DNA from: a virus | IMG/VR virus record: IMGVR_UViG_3300025324_000003 | Span: 1 to 47,004 of that record | Strand: one strand, 5' to 3' | Length of the DNA: 47,004 nucleotides | Shown: positions 1 through 9,808 of the stretch, piece by piece | Layout: each line of letters begins with the position of its first letter | Numbering within the stretch: the stretch's first letter is position 1 | The notes under the pieces: generated by a model | Seen by the model: only the letters and a program-made list of their open reading frames with translations | The model's database searches: none | What the model was told of the DNA's origin: nothing | Program-made: the position numbers and the translations under genes

Positions 1-99
1 GTCCTGCTCTAACTGCATATCAGGAACATCTCAATGCAATGCCTACTCGGGAACAGACTAAGCCTTCGATACTACGTCGAATTGGTGCTGCTCTATCTG
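1..99. repeat. 99-bp terminal overlap, identical to 46906..47004 (circular-assembly overlap)
   Basis: Bases 1-99 (gtcctgctctaactgcat...ctctatctg) are repeated exactly at 46906-47004. A coding frame runs through the junction. Confidence 0.95.
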
Positions 100-866
100 G
101 AGGCGCGGTTGGACTTCAACATGGGTTTGGAGCAGGAGCTGAGTTTGCTAGTGATTTTGTTGAGTCTCCCTACACGAGCGCTCTTAGTGATTGGAGTGCT
201 AAAGCTCAACCCCTTGGAGAATCCGCTAATCTAGAGAGGGAAGAAGCTGAAAGTCAACTTCAAGCTCTCACATCAGCCCGTGCCCTTGGTCTGAAATATA
301 ATGAGTACGAACTAAAGAGACTCCAAAACGAGCGGGATTATGGTTTGGGTCAGAAACGAGAGTCTACTCGTGCTCGTATAGCTGATCTTACGCAGTGGAG
401 GGATGAGGCAGTCAATGAAAGAGAGCGTAAGAGGATCGATGCCGAGATCGAGAGAGCGCAAGGTCAGCTTGATATTAATGAGACAATAGCTCAGACTGGT
501 CAGAAAAATGCTGAGACTTATCGTAGAAGTCAAGTCTCTTTATCTAATTGGAGAACGTCCAGATTAGAGCAATTAGCCAAGAGTAGTGGAGCTAGTCCTA
601 ATGAATTGTCTCAGGCTATGGAAAATGCTCTACAGCTTTTAGCTAGAGATCCAGACTATGCACCTTTCATCGATACTAGTAGTTATCCATACGTCGTTAA
701 AGACCCAAGGGGCTATTTTGGAGGTCCGGAGCAAGAGCAATATCAAGCCTTTAATCGTAAACTCAGGGAGTATATAGAATCTCAGATCAATGAGGGGAAA
801 CTCATCACTGGCGATGAGGGAGCTGAGGGAGAAGAAGACTTCGATATCGGAAACCCGGAGTTCTAA
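39..866 (+). CDS. C-terminal part of the wrap-around virion protein gene (true start probably 46695)
   Basis: The ATG at 39 equals position 46944 of the repeat and is in frame (249 nt) with the ATG at 46695. The product is charged and coiled-coil-like (Q/E/R rich). No family recognised. Confidence 0.7.
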   Translation: MPTREQTKPSILRRIGAALSGGAVGLQHGFGAGAEFASDFVESPYTSALSDWSAKAQPLGESANLEREEAESQLQALTSARALGLKYNEYELKRLQNERDYGLGQKRESTRARIADLTQWRDEAVNERERKRIDAEIERAQGQLDINETIAQTGQKNAETYRRSQVSLSNWRTSRLEQLAKSSGASPNELSQAMENALQLLARDPDYAPFIDTSSYPYVVKDPRGYFGGPEQEQYQAFNRKLREYIESQINEGKLITGDEGAEGEEDFDIGNPEF

Positions 867-3800
867 ATGCCATTTTATCCAATCTTTGATAGGAGAACTG
901 GTAAACGCTATCGGATGGCTTGGGATGGACCTGACAAGCCTGACTCTGAGTCTATCAAGAAGTTCATTTACGATGAGGAGAATAGGTCTACTTGGAATAA
1001 GATTAACAAACCTCTAAGTGATCTCCCATCACGAATTGCTAAGCCTATCTCTGAGAGGCTCTATAAGTATGGTGAGGCAGAACCAGGTGGACCTCTTTCT
1101 AGTCGAGGATTAGCACGAGGAGCCGGCGCTCTTACTGAGTCTCTAGGCAATGTCGCATCCTCTTTAACTTCTCCTCTTTCGTTGGGATTATTTGGTCTAA
1201 CCGGAGGAACAGGAGCTGCCGCTCGTCTTGGTTTTGGCAGGACTAGTCAAGCCTTAGTCGGAGCGCAAAGAGCTGCTGGTGCTGGTCTTGCTGGTCATGG
1301 GGCTTACAACGTGGCAACTGGTGAGACTCTTGCAGAAAAATTAGGAGGAGCAGTAGAAGCTCTTGGAGGAGCAGCAGGAGTAGCCTTTCCCTATAAGGGT
1401 CGTCCTGTTGCTCCTAGACCTATCTCTACCCCCAAGCCAATCCCACGCGCTCCGAAACAGATAGGACCAGGAAGAACAATTACTGGACCAGGAGATATAA
1501 ATGCAGAGTTTTCTGTCCTTCCTGACATGGAGTTACCTCCAGGTCCATCTCCAGCTCAGCTTCCAGGATTAAAAGAGCCACTAGCTCTACCTCCTGGTAG
1601 ACCTCCTTACTACGCTGGTAGAAGAGGAGTTAGCCAAAATCTGGAAGATGTTGGTGAGATTATCGGTCATGGAGAAAGGGCTGCTCCACCATATGGAACT
1701 ATTGGTATTATTCCAAATCGTTACGAAAACTTAAGGGGTCCAGGGATAAATATTAGAGGTAAAGGACTAGAAAATTTTGAGCTTCCATCTTCTCCAGTCA
1801 AGCGTAAACTTCCAGTCGAACGTAAGCTTCCAACTCCTAAGGGAGCAGAGGATGTAAGTAAGCGTCCCTTCACTGAGACTCCTATAGCCAAGGCCATAGA
1901 AGAAAAACGAATAATGGACTTTGGCGCTCCTAAAGGTATCTCAGAGCGTCGTCAATCTGAACTCTTGAAGAAATTTGGAGGAACTAAAGCTGAGCTAGAA
2001 ACTAGAGATACAATAATCTCAAGGCTCAATAATTTGCTCAAGGACGAAAAAGGATTTGTCAAACTCCCCTCTAAAGAAAGCAGAAAGTCTATAGCTAAAG
2101 TCTACGATGATCTAGCCACCTCAGGTCTAACCGTTATAAGAAAGCTTGGTGGTAAGGATCTGGAAAGGCTCATCCTAAAAAATAGGTTAGACTCTGAGCA
2201 ACTCGCAGGTCGGATCAACTCAAAGCTCAAGACTATTACTAAAGACCTTACCCAAGAGGAGCTAGCTAACTATATCGATGTCAGAGATATTGGTGCGCGT
2301 CCACTCAATCAGAAAGTAGCTGATGCTTTCTCACAATTTAAGGATGTAGATTCTGATGTCACTAGGATGGCTCAGATGTCGGGGATGGGGCTTAGGAGAG
2401 GGAAGAAAACTGTTCCATTTGAGCCTCTAGGTGAGGAGGGTAGATACTTCGCTCACATTTATGGTCCTGAATTTTTTAAGGATAAGCCTAGGGCTCTCGA
2501 ATCCATTATGAACGAGGGCTATACTCTGGACCAAGCCGAGAGAATCCTCAAAAGGGCCTCAGAGTATGGCGAGCGTCTGATTGACCCCCAGCATGGTAGA
2601 GTTGTAAATGCTCCCGGCTATCGTAAGGACATAAATGTCGACTATCAACATATAGACGACATGTCCAGGAGGATTAAACAAGCCGTTGACTTTGGTCCAA
2701 TGGATACCGCAGATAAAGGAAGTCCAATCTCAAGAATGATAGCTGCGACCGACGACCCAATCAGAGTTGGTAAAATAGTCAAGCGTTATTTGGGCCGTGA
2801 AGAACCGATGGACCCTAATTGGGCTAGGTTTAATGCCGGTGCTGTCAAATTTCAGTCTGCGACTAAACTGTCTAAATTCTTAATCAATAATACTGCTCAG
2901 CTAGGTATGATTCCAGTTAGAGCAGGATTTAAGAATACAGGAAAAGCACTCGGGAGGATACTCTTTGACTATCCAGGAGCAAGAAGTGAGGCCGAGATAA
3001 CAGGCGCGCTCCAACCCATTCATAGGGAGTTAATAAGAGAAGCTGGAGGTCCAAGTGGAATTGCAAAGTGGTTTGGTATCTCTAAAGGGGAAGAATGGAT
3101 TAGATCGACTGCTGCTATAGCTGGTAAGCATTCTGCTAAGGACTTGTTCCAAAAGCTGGTCAAGAATCCAGAAAATGCTCGCATTAGAGCTCAAATAGAA
3201 GACCTCCTCTTAGAGGATGCAAATAAACTTCTTGGTCAAACTAAGCTCACAGACTGGCAGATAAATAGGGCCGGAGCGCGGATGAGTGAGGTTACTCAAG
3301 GACGTGCATCAAGTATTGATCTACCTAAGCTCTGGACCGACTTCCCTGCCGCTCGTCTAGTCATGCTCTATAAGAGATACGCTTTCCAGCAAAGTAAAAA
3401 CATCAAAGAAGCCTTCAGGATAATGGGTCCAGTAAAGACTGCTGCTATTCTTACTGGAACTTCTGCTATTCTTGGCGAGGGGATTGGAGATGTCAACGCG
3501 GTCCTGAGAGGAACTGGTAGAGCTATAGGTGGAGCAGGAGATATCGAGAATGAGATAGCTCAGGCCATTTCAGATAGAGGAGAGGGATATGATAGACTTA
3601 TAAATAATCTTGCTCAGGCATGGGCTCTTGGTTATGTTGGGGACGTCCTTGAAAGCGCAGGTAGGGGTCGAGGAGGAATAGCATCTAATGTTGCTGGACC
3701 TATGATTGGTGATATAGATGAGGCTTCTGCTGCCCTATTCGCTGGTGGAGAGCAGGATGATTTCAAGACGTCAATGGGAAAGAAAACTAGAGCAGTTACA

Positions 3801-3917
3801 GCTATGGGAGCGCGTATGGTTCCTCTCTTTGGGACGGGCCTAGCCTCTGCTATTCGTGAGTCCGATTCGAGTAGAAATAGGCGCCAACGACGAGGTAGAG
3901 CACGAAGAGGAAGGTAA
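867..3917 (+). CDS. Large virion-associated protein (1016 aa), possibly an internal/ejection protein
   Basis: Long ORF abutting the upstream stop (TAA-ATG). It has a Gly/Ala-rich N-terminal region, a Pro-rich linker and a very basic C-terminus (RNRRQRRGRARRGR). It is the last gene of the rightward late arm. Function is inferred from size and position only. Confidence 0.6.
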   Translation: MPFYPIFDRRTGKRYRMAWDGPDKPDSESIKKFIYDEENRSTWNKINKPLSDLPSRIAKPISERLYKYGEAEPGGPLSSRGLARGAGALTESLGNVASSLTSPLSLGLFGLTGGTGAAARLGFGRTSQALVGAQRAAGAGLAGHGAYNVATGETLAEKLGGAVEALGGAAGVAFPYKGRPVAPRPISTPKPIPRAPKQIGPGRTITGPGDINAEFSVLPDMELPPGPSPAQLPGLKEPLALPPGRPPYYAGRRGVSQNLEDVGEIIGHGERAAPPYGTIGIIPNRYENLRGPGINIRGKGLENFELPSSPVKRKLPVERKLPTPKGAEDVSKRPFTETPIAKAIEEKRIMDFGAPKGISERRQSELLKKFGGTKAELETRDTIISRLNNLLKDEKGFVKLPSKESRKSIAKVYDDLATSGLTVIRKLGGKDLERLILKNRLDSEQLAGRINSKLKTITKDLTQEELANYIDVRDIGARPLNQKVADAFSQFKDVDSDVTRMAQMSGMGLRRGKKTVPFEPLGEEGRYFAHIYGPEFFKDKPRALESIMNEGYTLDQAERILKRASEYGERLIDPQHGRVVNAPGYRKDINVDYQHIDDMSRRIKQAVDFGPMDTADKGSPISRMIAATDDPIRVGKIVKRYLGREEPMDPNWARFNAGAVKFQSATKLSKFLINNTAQLGMIPVRAGFKNTGKALGRILFDYPGARSEAEITGALQPIHRELIREAGGPSGIAKWFGISKGEEWIRSTAAIAGKHSAKDLFQKLVKNPENARIRAQIEDLLLEDANKLLGQTKLTDWQINRAGARMSEVTQGRASSIDLPKLWTDFPAARLVMLYKRYAFQQSKNIKEAFRIMGPVKTAAILTGTSAILGEGIGDVNAVLRGTGRAIGGAGDIENEIAQAISDRGEGYDRLINNLAQAWALGYVGDVLESAGRGRGGIASNVAGPMIGDIDEASAALFAGGEQDDFKTSMGKKTRAVTAMGARMVPLFGTGLASAIRESDSSRNRRQRRGRARRGR

Positions 3918-3994
3918 AGGTTAATAGTCCACTTGTCCCTATCATCCACCAGAGCATGAACAACTGAAAAATCGCTAGACTTACAGATATCATA

Positions 3995-5203
3995 TCACAT
4001 CTCCTTATTCCTCTGTCTATATCTGTCTAATACGACTGGATTAAGTATATACCACATCTCCTGCTTTCCAGACTCATCCCTCCTCATTTTTATTTCTATA
4101 GCCTTCTGAGCAAACAAGCTCTCAGCAATCCTATCTAGCTCAAAAGCATCAAAATGTGACCAATGCTTTTGGAGTGCGTGTGTTCTACTAATCTCGTGGG
4201 AGGGAGTGGTAAGTAACTCACGTAAAAGCACAGCGGTCCCAGGAGCTGAAATGGATTTCCCAACTTGACCAAGAGCAACACGTTTAGCACCAGGAACGAA
4301 ATCTTGACAAGCACGAATAGCCTCATCTATATCGGAAAGCTCTAGCCTTAAATCAGTCGACCTAGATAGAGAAATAAGCATGGCTGTCTTTAGGATATGG
4401 TCATGGATGCGTTCCATTGTGCCCGTCGAATCTTCTTCTGCTTGATCTTGCTCCTGGAACTTTCCATACCAGTCGTTGTATAACTCCTTACCCAAGATCG
4501 ACCATATAAACTCTCCTTTGAGACGGGAGATTTCTCTAAGGTGCTGTGTAAGTAAGTCGATAGAGATAGTATCTGTCGGCTTTTCAGTGAGAGGATTAAT
4601 ACCGCTCTTCTTATCCGCGTAAATGATGAAGGTTCTTGCAACGAAACCTCCACCAATAGCGTTGTCTGGAACGGCATCTTTAAGATGAGCCTCATTTGTT
4701 GCTCCAAGTAAAGTCAAGCATGGACTTTTGAGTTTTTCTGTTGGACTATTTCTCAACATATATGACCACTCTGGATTATAGTGTCCATCATATAAATCAG
4801 TTAAAATCGTCAGGGCAGCAGGATCTTGAATGATAAAACTTGCAAACTCAGACGCCAGAAAGAAACCAGATGCATCCATTAAAGGAGGGCCACCTTCTTT
4901 CCTCGTTATAGCCTTAGATAGCTCAGATATGACTCCCTGTATTGATACGCGCCCCGCAAATACCTTCGTATTATTAATTGTCTGGACTAAGGATCGAGCT
5001 AAGTTTATAGGTAGTCCCTTTCTCAGTCCAGATCGTCCTACTAATAAGACATATATATTAGGATAGAGCTTATAGAGATGCTTGTCAAGATAGACATTAC
5101 TTTTCGCGACTGCACTAATAGCTGCAAGCGCGCTCCAATAAAAATATTTTTTTGGACTCTCGCTGTCCTTTGTGTATCTTAAGACTTTTTCTACGAAGGT
5201 CAA
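3995..5203 (-). CDS. Replication-associated protein, possibly primase/helicase-like (DUF3987-like); function tentative
   Basis: 402-aa ORF with a TTG start 2 nt after the polymerase stop. It has a degenerate P-loop-like VGRSGLRKG and lies in the replication module. Confidence 0.55.
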   Translation of the reverse strand: MTFVEKVLRYTKDSESPKKYFYWSALAAISAVAKSNVYLDKHLYKLYPNIYVLLVGRSGLRKGLPINLARSLVQTINNTKVFAGRVSIQGVISELSKAITRKEGGPPLMDASGFFLASEFASFIIQDPAALTILTDLYDGHYNPEWSYMLRNSPTEKLKSPCLTLLGATNEAHLKDAVPDNAIGGGFVARTFIIYADKKSGINPLTEKPTDTISIDLLTQHLREISRLKGEFIWSILGKELYNDWYGKFQEQDQAEEDSTGTMERIHDHILKTAMLISLSRSTDLRLELSDIDEAIRACQDFVPGAKRVALGQVGKSISAPGTAVLLRELLTTPSHEISRTHALQKHWSHFDAFELDRIAESLFAQKAIEIKMRRDESGKQEMWYILNPVVLDRYRQRNKEM

Positions 5204-5205
5204 GA

Positions 5206-7647
5206 TTACGCCGCTTTTCGTAATTTATAATCATGAAGTTGACTGCATCCGACACAACTCTTGTCCTCACAAGTCTTATAATTCCTCCCAATCTTGCTTT
5301 CTGCTGGTATGATTAACAGACCTCGTGAGATTGTGCAGCGAGAGAAGTCTATGGGAACCTCTATCTCCTGGTGCATGATTTGGATGTAAGAGTCCACGTC
5401 CTGCTCCCTTACCAAGCCGACAAGAGCGTCATGACCTTCGACCACAAACCTCGCGTCGATGTTAGATGACTTGAATCTGTCCTTGGCTCTCATACCGGCG
5501 CACCTCAGAGCGTCCGGAACTGTCGACTGGGGAATTTGTGCATAAGCCTCTTTGAAGAGTTCAAGACCCCACCTGTCGTAGAATTGTCTGTAACGTCCAA
5601 ATGGATTGACAAGGATACGGTTATTATCCTGGAGGGCTTGTTGAACTTCTTTATGAAAGACTCCACGTATGTTAGGACTGAAGTTGTGGAAGGCATCTAA
5701 AATTTTCCCCGCTTTCCATTCAGATAGATTTACATCCATGTGATATCGTTTGGCTTCGGTGTTGACAAGCTCCATGAGCCTATGCTTGCCCATATCGTAA
5801 TTTCCTGCATGTCTACACATCTTACCAATAAACCTCGACTCTCTAGTAACCTGCGCTGGTTTGAGGCCGAAGATCCAAGCGGCTGTGAGTTGGTGGACAT
5901 CCTCTTTCTGCTCAAACAGGTCAAGAACATTCTTATCCCTAGCAAGCAGAGCAACAACGCGAGCCTCAGCCTGCGACATATCAGTTTCAACGATAACGTA
6001 TCCATCATCAGCCTCAAACATTTCTCTGACTTCAGTCCCGATGTCTCCGTGCTTGGTTAGAGTGTGAAACTCGCATCCCATCTTTTCCGGACGGACGGGA
6101 GGCTTTTGAATCTTGGTTGATGATCGTCCAGTCTCGGTCCCACATATTGTAAAGACCGTCCTCATTCGATCATCGTAGTCTGTCCTTCGCCCGATTTTGA
6201 CTTTAGCTATCTTCAACCTTCTTATCCATAAAATCAACTCAAGGATTCTCCTCATATCGTATGATTGTTTCTTAGTATTAGCCATGAGAGCGACTAGAAC
6301 ATCCTCTGAGCAGCCCTTTCTTTGTGGATATCTAAGCTGATTATAGACGAGGACCGCAACAGCCTTGTGTGAGTTCGTATTAACTTGCCATCCTGCGAGC
6401 TTATCTAGTTCAGATTGAGAGTCCTCAATCTTTTTATCATATAACTCGACAAGTTCTTGTTGTTTAACTTTATTAGTCTTGAAACCAACATTCTCCATGT
6501 CATAATAGAATGAGTGTAGCTTCATTTGATGACCAAAGACGAACTCATCGACCCAATTTGGAAATCCAGGGACGTTCATCTCTTTAGCATCAATCATCAT
6601 CTGCTCGAAGACCTCAAACTGAACTACCGCATCACGAGCATTATAGGTCAAGAATCGTTGAATCTTATCTCGTTTCCAGTCAAACTCCTTTCCTTCTTCT
6701 TTATAGTATGGTTCCTCAGTATATATTGATGTAGTAAACTCAAGAGCTTTAGGAAATTCGGGATGAAGTGCATGAGCAAGTAAGGAAGTATCGCAATAGA
6801 AGTTCCTAACACTAATACCGCAGAGGTCAGCCAATTGTCTTTGATCGAACTTGAAATTCTGTCCAATCACCCGAATATTAGAGTCTAGTAATTCTGCAAC
6901 CAATCTCCACATCACAGCAAGCTCGTGATCGTGGATTCCTTCTTGTCTCTGCCATGTGAAAACATCAAGAAGTGGAACAGAGATCGCGTGCCACGAGTTG
7001 AATGCAAGAGCAATGCAGAAAGGGATTGACTTGGCAACTTCGATATCCACTGATACGAGGTCTTTCCCCTTATATAAATCAAGGAATCGTCCGAGTTGAA
7101 CTGAATCTCGAGCGATTTCGAGAACTCTCTCAGGTGGTTGATATAGTCTTGACTCAGACTGCCTGACCGCACGAGCAAGATCCAATTTAAGTATGTGTCT
7201 GTAGGAATATTTGAGTGGTCCTTTCCTCTTTCCGCCTTCATATTCGTTCTCCTGTTCTGAGTGCAAGAGCGCGGCTGGGTGGATCGTAGCGAGGACTTTA
7301 TAGTCTAGATTGGATGAGTGAAGAACGGACCCGCGCCATTTGAGGATTTTATCTTTACCAGTTAAAATCTTTAGTGGAGTATTACCAAGTGCCACTATTA
7401 TATTGGGATTAATCGTCATGATTTCATCCCATAGTTGACTTATCGCTTCATCCTTGTCACAGACCTCACTAATTCTCCTTATCTGGTTGTCCGGTGGACG
7501 ATATTTATAGACATTAGTAGTGTAGACCTCGCGTCTATCTACATTTAATTCTCGACAGACTTCCCATAAAAGATCGCCACTGTCGCCAGAGAACGGAATA
7601 CGAGAGAAATCTTCTACTCGGCCTGGGGCCTCTCCGACGAACATCAT
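5206..7647 (-). CDS. Family A DNA polymerase with N-terminal family-4 UDG-like domain and 3'-5' exonuclease domain
   Basis: UDG4 motif: MMFVGEAPGRVEDFSRIPFSGDSGDLL. Exo motifs: VSVDIEV and YNARDAV. Pol A motif A: DMSQAEARV; motif B: RFIGKMCRHAGNYDMG; motif C: VEGHDAL. Confidence 0.9.
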   Translation of the reverse strand: MMFVGEAPGRVEDFSRIPFSGDSGDLLWEVCRELNVDRREVYTTNVYKYRPPDNQIRRISEVCDKDEAISQLWDEIMTINPNIIVALGNTPLKILTGKDKILKWRGSVLHSSNLDYKVLATIHPAALLHSEQENEYEGGKRKGPLKYSYRHILKLDLARAVRQSESRLYQPPERVLEIARDSVQLGRFLDLYKGKDLVSVDIEVAKSIPFCIALAFNSWHAISVPLLDVFTWQRQEGIHDHELAVMWRLVAELLDSNIRVIGQNFKFDQRQLADLCGISVRNFYCDTSLLAHALHPEFPKALEFTTSIYTEEPYYKEEGKEFDWKRDKIQRFLTYNARDAVVQFEVFEQMMIDAKEMNVPGFPNWVDEFVFGHQMKLHSFYYDMENVGFKTNKVKQQELVELYDKKIEDSQSELDKLAGWQVNTNSHKAVAVLVYNQLRYPQRKGCSEDVLVALMANTKKQSYDMRRILELILWIRRLKIAKVKIGRRTDYDDRMRTVFTICGTETGRSSTKIQKPPVRPEKMGCEFHTLTKHGDIGTEVREMFEADDGYVIVETDMSQAEARVVALLARDKNVLDLFEQKEDVHQLTAAWIFGLKPAQVTRESRFIGKMCRHAGNYDMGKHRLMELVNTEAKRYHMDVNLSEWKAGKILDAFHNFSPNIRGVFHKEVQQALQDNNRILVNPFGRYRQFYDRWGLELFKEAYAQIPQSTVPDALRCAGMRAKDRFKSSNIDARFVVEGHDALVGLVREQDVDSYIQIMHQEIEVPIDFSRCTISRGLLIIPAESKIGRNYKTCEDKSCVGCSQLHDYKLRKAA

Positions 7648-7681
7648 TTTAGCTTCAGGATTTCCTATCCCTGGAACGTAG

Positions 7682-7822
7682 TTAGACAGTGACCCTCCTA
7701 ATCGAAAATACTTTGGAGCAAACTAGACAGAGATATATTTTATAGAAGACGGTTTCATATCTGAATTCTATCATGCTTGGGTCGGAGTTTTTGCAGTGTG
7801 GACAAGCAAAGTCAATGGTCAT
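7682..7822 (-). CDS. Small zinc-ribbon ORF (46 aa), possibly the frameshifted N-terminus of the polymerase
   Basis: Own translation: MTIDFACPHCKNSDPSMIEFRYETVFYKIYLCLVCSKVFSIRRVTV. It has two CxxC pairs and is below the 60-aa cutoff of the ORF track. Confidence 0.45.
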   Translation of the reverse strand: MTIDFACPHCKNSDPSMIEFRYETVFYKIYLCLVCSKVFSIRRVTV

Positions 7823-7976
7823 ATAAAAACGTCACAGTCATAGTTATAGCTAGAGCAGACATCCAGTAACAGACGTCAGCTATCTTGCCTTCAAAGGCCC
7901 ATCGGATAGCATTTAGTCCATAAAGAATCATGATGACGAAGTTGAAGATTCTAGGATCAAGAAGTAGATTTATCAT
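7812..7976 (-). CDS. Small hydrophobic protein (54 aa)
   Basis: Own translation: MINLLLDPRIFNFVIMILYGLNAIRWAFEGKIADVCYWMSALAITMTVTFLYDH. Its ATG overlaps the ParB-MTase stop (ATGA). Confidence 0.4.
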   Translation of the reverse strand: MINLLLDPRIFNFVIMILYGLNAIRWAFEGKIADVCYWMSALAITMTVTFLYDH

Positions 7977-9280
7977 TCCTTCCCCATCCTCCTACAAATT
8001 GCCACGTAAAACTCTCGATCACGCTCGATCAAAATATAATTTCTTTTTTGATTTTTACAAGCTACTCCTAATATTCCAGAGCCAGCGAAAGGATCTATGA
8101 TAATATTTCCCTCATAGGAACAATCAGTAACTATATCTTCGATTAAAGCTAAGGGCTTCTCATTGGGATGAATCATCTTCATCGGTGGGACTATCGCATA
8201 GGACTTAATACCAGATAAACGTCGTGCTGTTGTAAGTGCAGGATTTCCTTTGACTGCTACGACTATAAACTCAAAATCCCTATCATATTCCCATGCTCTA
8301 ACCCCACGTCTAGACAAGGTATTTTCCTTTTTCCATATAACTGGAGTATTTGACACACTAAATCCTATCTTCTCAAGCTCTCCTCTAGCATGGATAGTCT
8401 CGTTTGGGTTGTTTGGATCTGGAACTGTTGTCCCAACGTAATAGGCGTAGTCGTCCAATCCTACAAAGACATACAGAAACGAACTTGGCTTTAAGACACG
8501 ATAAAGCTCCTTAAAGACCGGAAGTGTTCTATCATCTATAGTTAAAGCCGGATCAAAAAACTTAATCCACGGTGGATCAGTGATACATTGGTCTATCGAG
8601 TTCGCTGGAAGCTGAGCAAGAATAGCCGCTGAGTCTCCAAAATAAATCTCGTTGGCTTCCAATTTAGTCGGTAACTTAGCCTCAAGCTCGGCTTGATATC
8701 TTACTGCTGCATTTCTTACTAGTTTAATTGCCGTCTTTTTGTCTTTGACTTTGGCTAGTAAGGGGTCATTTCTGAGCGCGCGAGCGAGGCTGAGGTTTTC
8801 ACTAAGGGAACCAACTCCTATACCAAGTTCCTCGGCTGTGTCTCTAATAGACCACCCCACTTTTTCCTCGTCTCTTACTGGTCTGCCCCTTGTTGCTATT
8901 CCGTGCTCTTCCTGACGTAATCTATGCAGCTCTTCAACTAAGATAACTTGCTCCCACCAGGGCAAATTATGTCTACGCAGATTTTCGTGGGCACGGATGA
9001 TCCTCCCACCTCTCTCGTCTATATTTTTAATCTCGGCCTCGATCTCAGTCCATCCAAGGAGCCTAGCAGCTTGTAGTCTCTTAGCTCCAGCGACTAAAGC
9101 GTATGGGATACTAGAATTGTTCGCTAAGCGAAGTATTATCGGGTGAAACTGGCCGTTCTCAGACATAGATTCAGACAGATCCTTTATAGCTTGATCTGTA
9201 TCTATTACATTGCCAGCTCTGTTTAGTCCTCCTTCACTTTGAGTTTCTAGTTCCTCGATCTGATCGATGGAGATCTTCAT
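7973..9280 (-). CDS. ParB-like nuclease domain fused to an N6-adenine/N4-cytosine DNA methyltransferase
   Basis: ParB box: HPIILR...YALVAGAKRLQAARLLG. MTase motif IV: TDPPW. Motif I: IIIDPFAGSGILG. This is the beta-class motif order. Confidence 0.85.
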   Translation of the reverse strand: MKISIDQIEELETQSEGGLNRAGNVIDTDQAIKDLSESMSENGQFHPIILRLANNSSIPYALVAGAKRLQAARLLGWTEIEAEIKNIDERGGRIIRAHENLRRHNLPWWEQVILVEELHRLRQEEHGIATRGRPVRDEEKVGWSIRDTAEELGIGVGSLSENLSLARALRNDPLLAKVKDKKTAIKLVRNAAVRYQAELEAKLPTKLEANEIYFGDSAAILAQLPANSIDQCITDPPWIKFFDPALTIDDRTLPVFKELYRVLKPSSFLYVFVGLDDYAYYVGTTVPDPNNPNETIHARGELEKIGFSVSNTPVIWKKENTLSRRGVRAWEYDRDFEFIVVAVKGNPALTTARRLSGIKSYAIVPPMKMIHPNEKPLALIEDIVTDCSYEGNIIIDPFAGSGILGVACKNQKRNYILIERDREFYVAICRRMGKE

Positions 9281-9477
9281 TTAGTTTTCTCCGCGTAAAT
9301 TTTCTCTAAGGTTCCCGCTTGTCCCTGAGTTAAATTGCGGTCTTCTCGGAGTCTCCTGTCTATTGACTCCATAAAACCCTCCTCCCACTCACTGAGATCA
9401 TCCGAAGCCTCAAAGAGTATAGCCTCTACCCAGGACTTATAGGTTTGGATATCCAATGGTCGCCAGATAGAGGCCAT
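9277..9477 (-). CDS. Hypothetical protein (66 aa)
   Basis: ORF whose stop overlaps the start of the downstream ParB-MTase gene by 4 nt. No motif recognised. Confidence 0.55.
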   Translation of the reverse strand: MASIWRPLDIQTYKSWVEAILFEASDDLSEWEEGFMESIDRRLREDRNLTQGQAGTLEKIYAEKTK

Positions 9478-9490
9478 ACATTACTCCTTC

Positions 9491-9640
9491 CTAGTCTATC
9501 GTAGGCTCATCTTCCTCGTCATCATCAGGCTCACCCTCATTGTAGTCGTCCTCATCTTTTTTATCATCCTCAGACGACTCGTCAGCCTCGATTATTTCTG
9601 GATCTTTTGGTAGGTCTACTACGCTCATGAATTGAAACAT
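9491..9640 (-). CDS. Highly acidic small protein (49 aa)
   Basis: Own translation: MFQFMSVVDLPKDPEIIEADESSEDDKKDEDDYNEGEPDDDEEDEPTID. A GAGGA Shine-Dalgarno lies 4 nt upstream of the ATG. Confidence 0.5.
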   Translation of the reverse strand: MFQFMSVVDLPKDPEIIEADESSEDDKKDEDDYNEGEPDDDEEDEPTID

Positions 9641-9808
9641 ATGATCCTCACTTTCGAGTTAGAGATTAGATTCAAAGTGGAGTTCATTTCATTTATACTT
9701 TCAGGTTAAAAAGAACCCCCAAGAAAAACCCTCTGAGCTACTTGGACCTTACGGAATTTCACCGTCTAGAAGATATTGCCTTCTAGTGGCCTCCGTGCTC
9801 ATACTTGA

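Noticed and set aside
1-99. The 99-bp end repeat as a genuine direct terminal repeat (T7-like DTR)
   Set aside because: A structural gene reads through the junction in frame, and 99 nt is a common assembler k-mer length. It is treated as an assembly overlap, though only read-terminus analysis can settle this.
3632-3949. Antisense ORF at the 3' end of the 1016-aa gene, and other antisense ORFs of 60-110 aa inside long genes (for example 4135..4326, 5740..6060, 25766..26305, 26924..27361)
   Set aside because: They are fully embedded in much longer, motif-supported genes on the opposite strand or in another frame, and have no start context.
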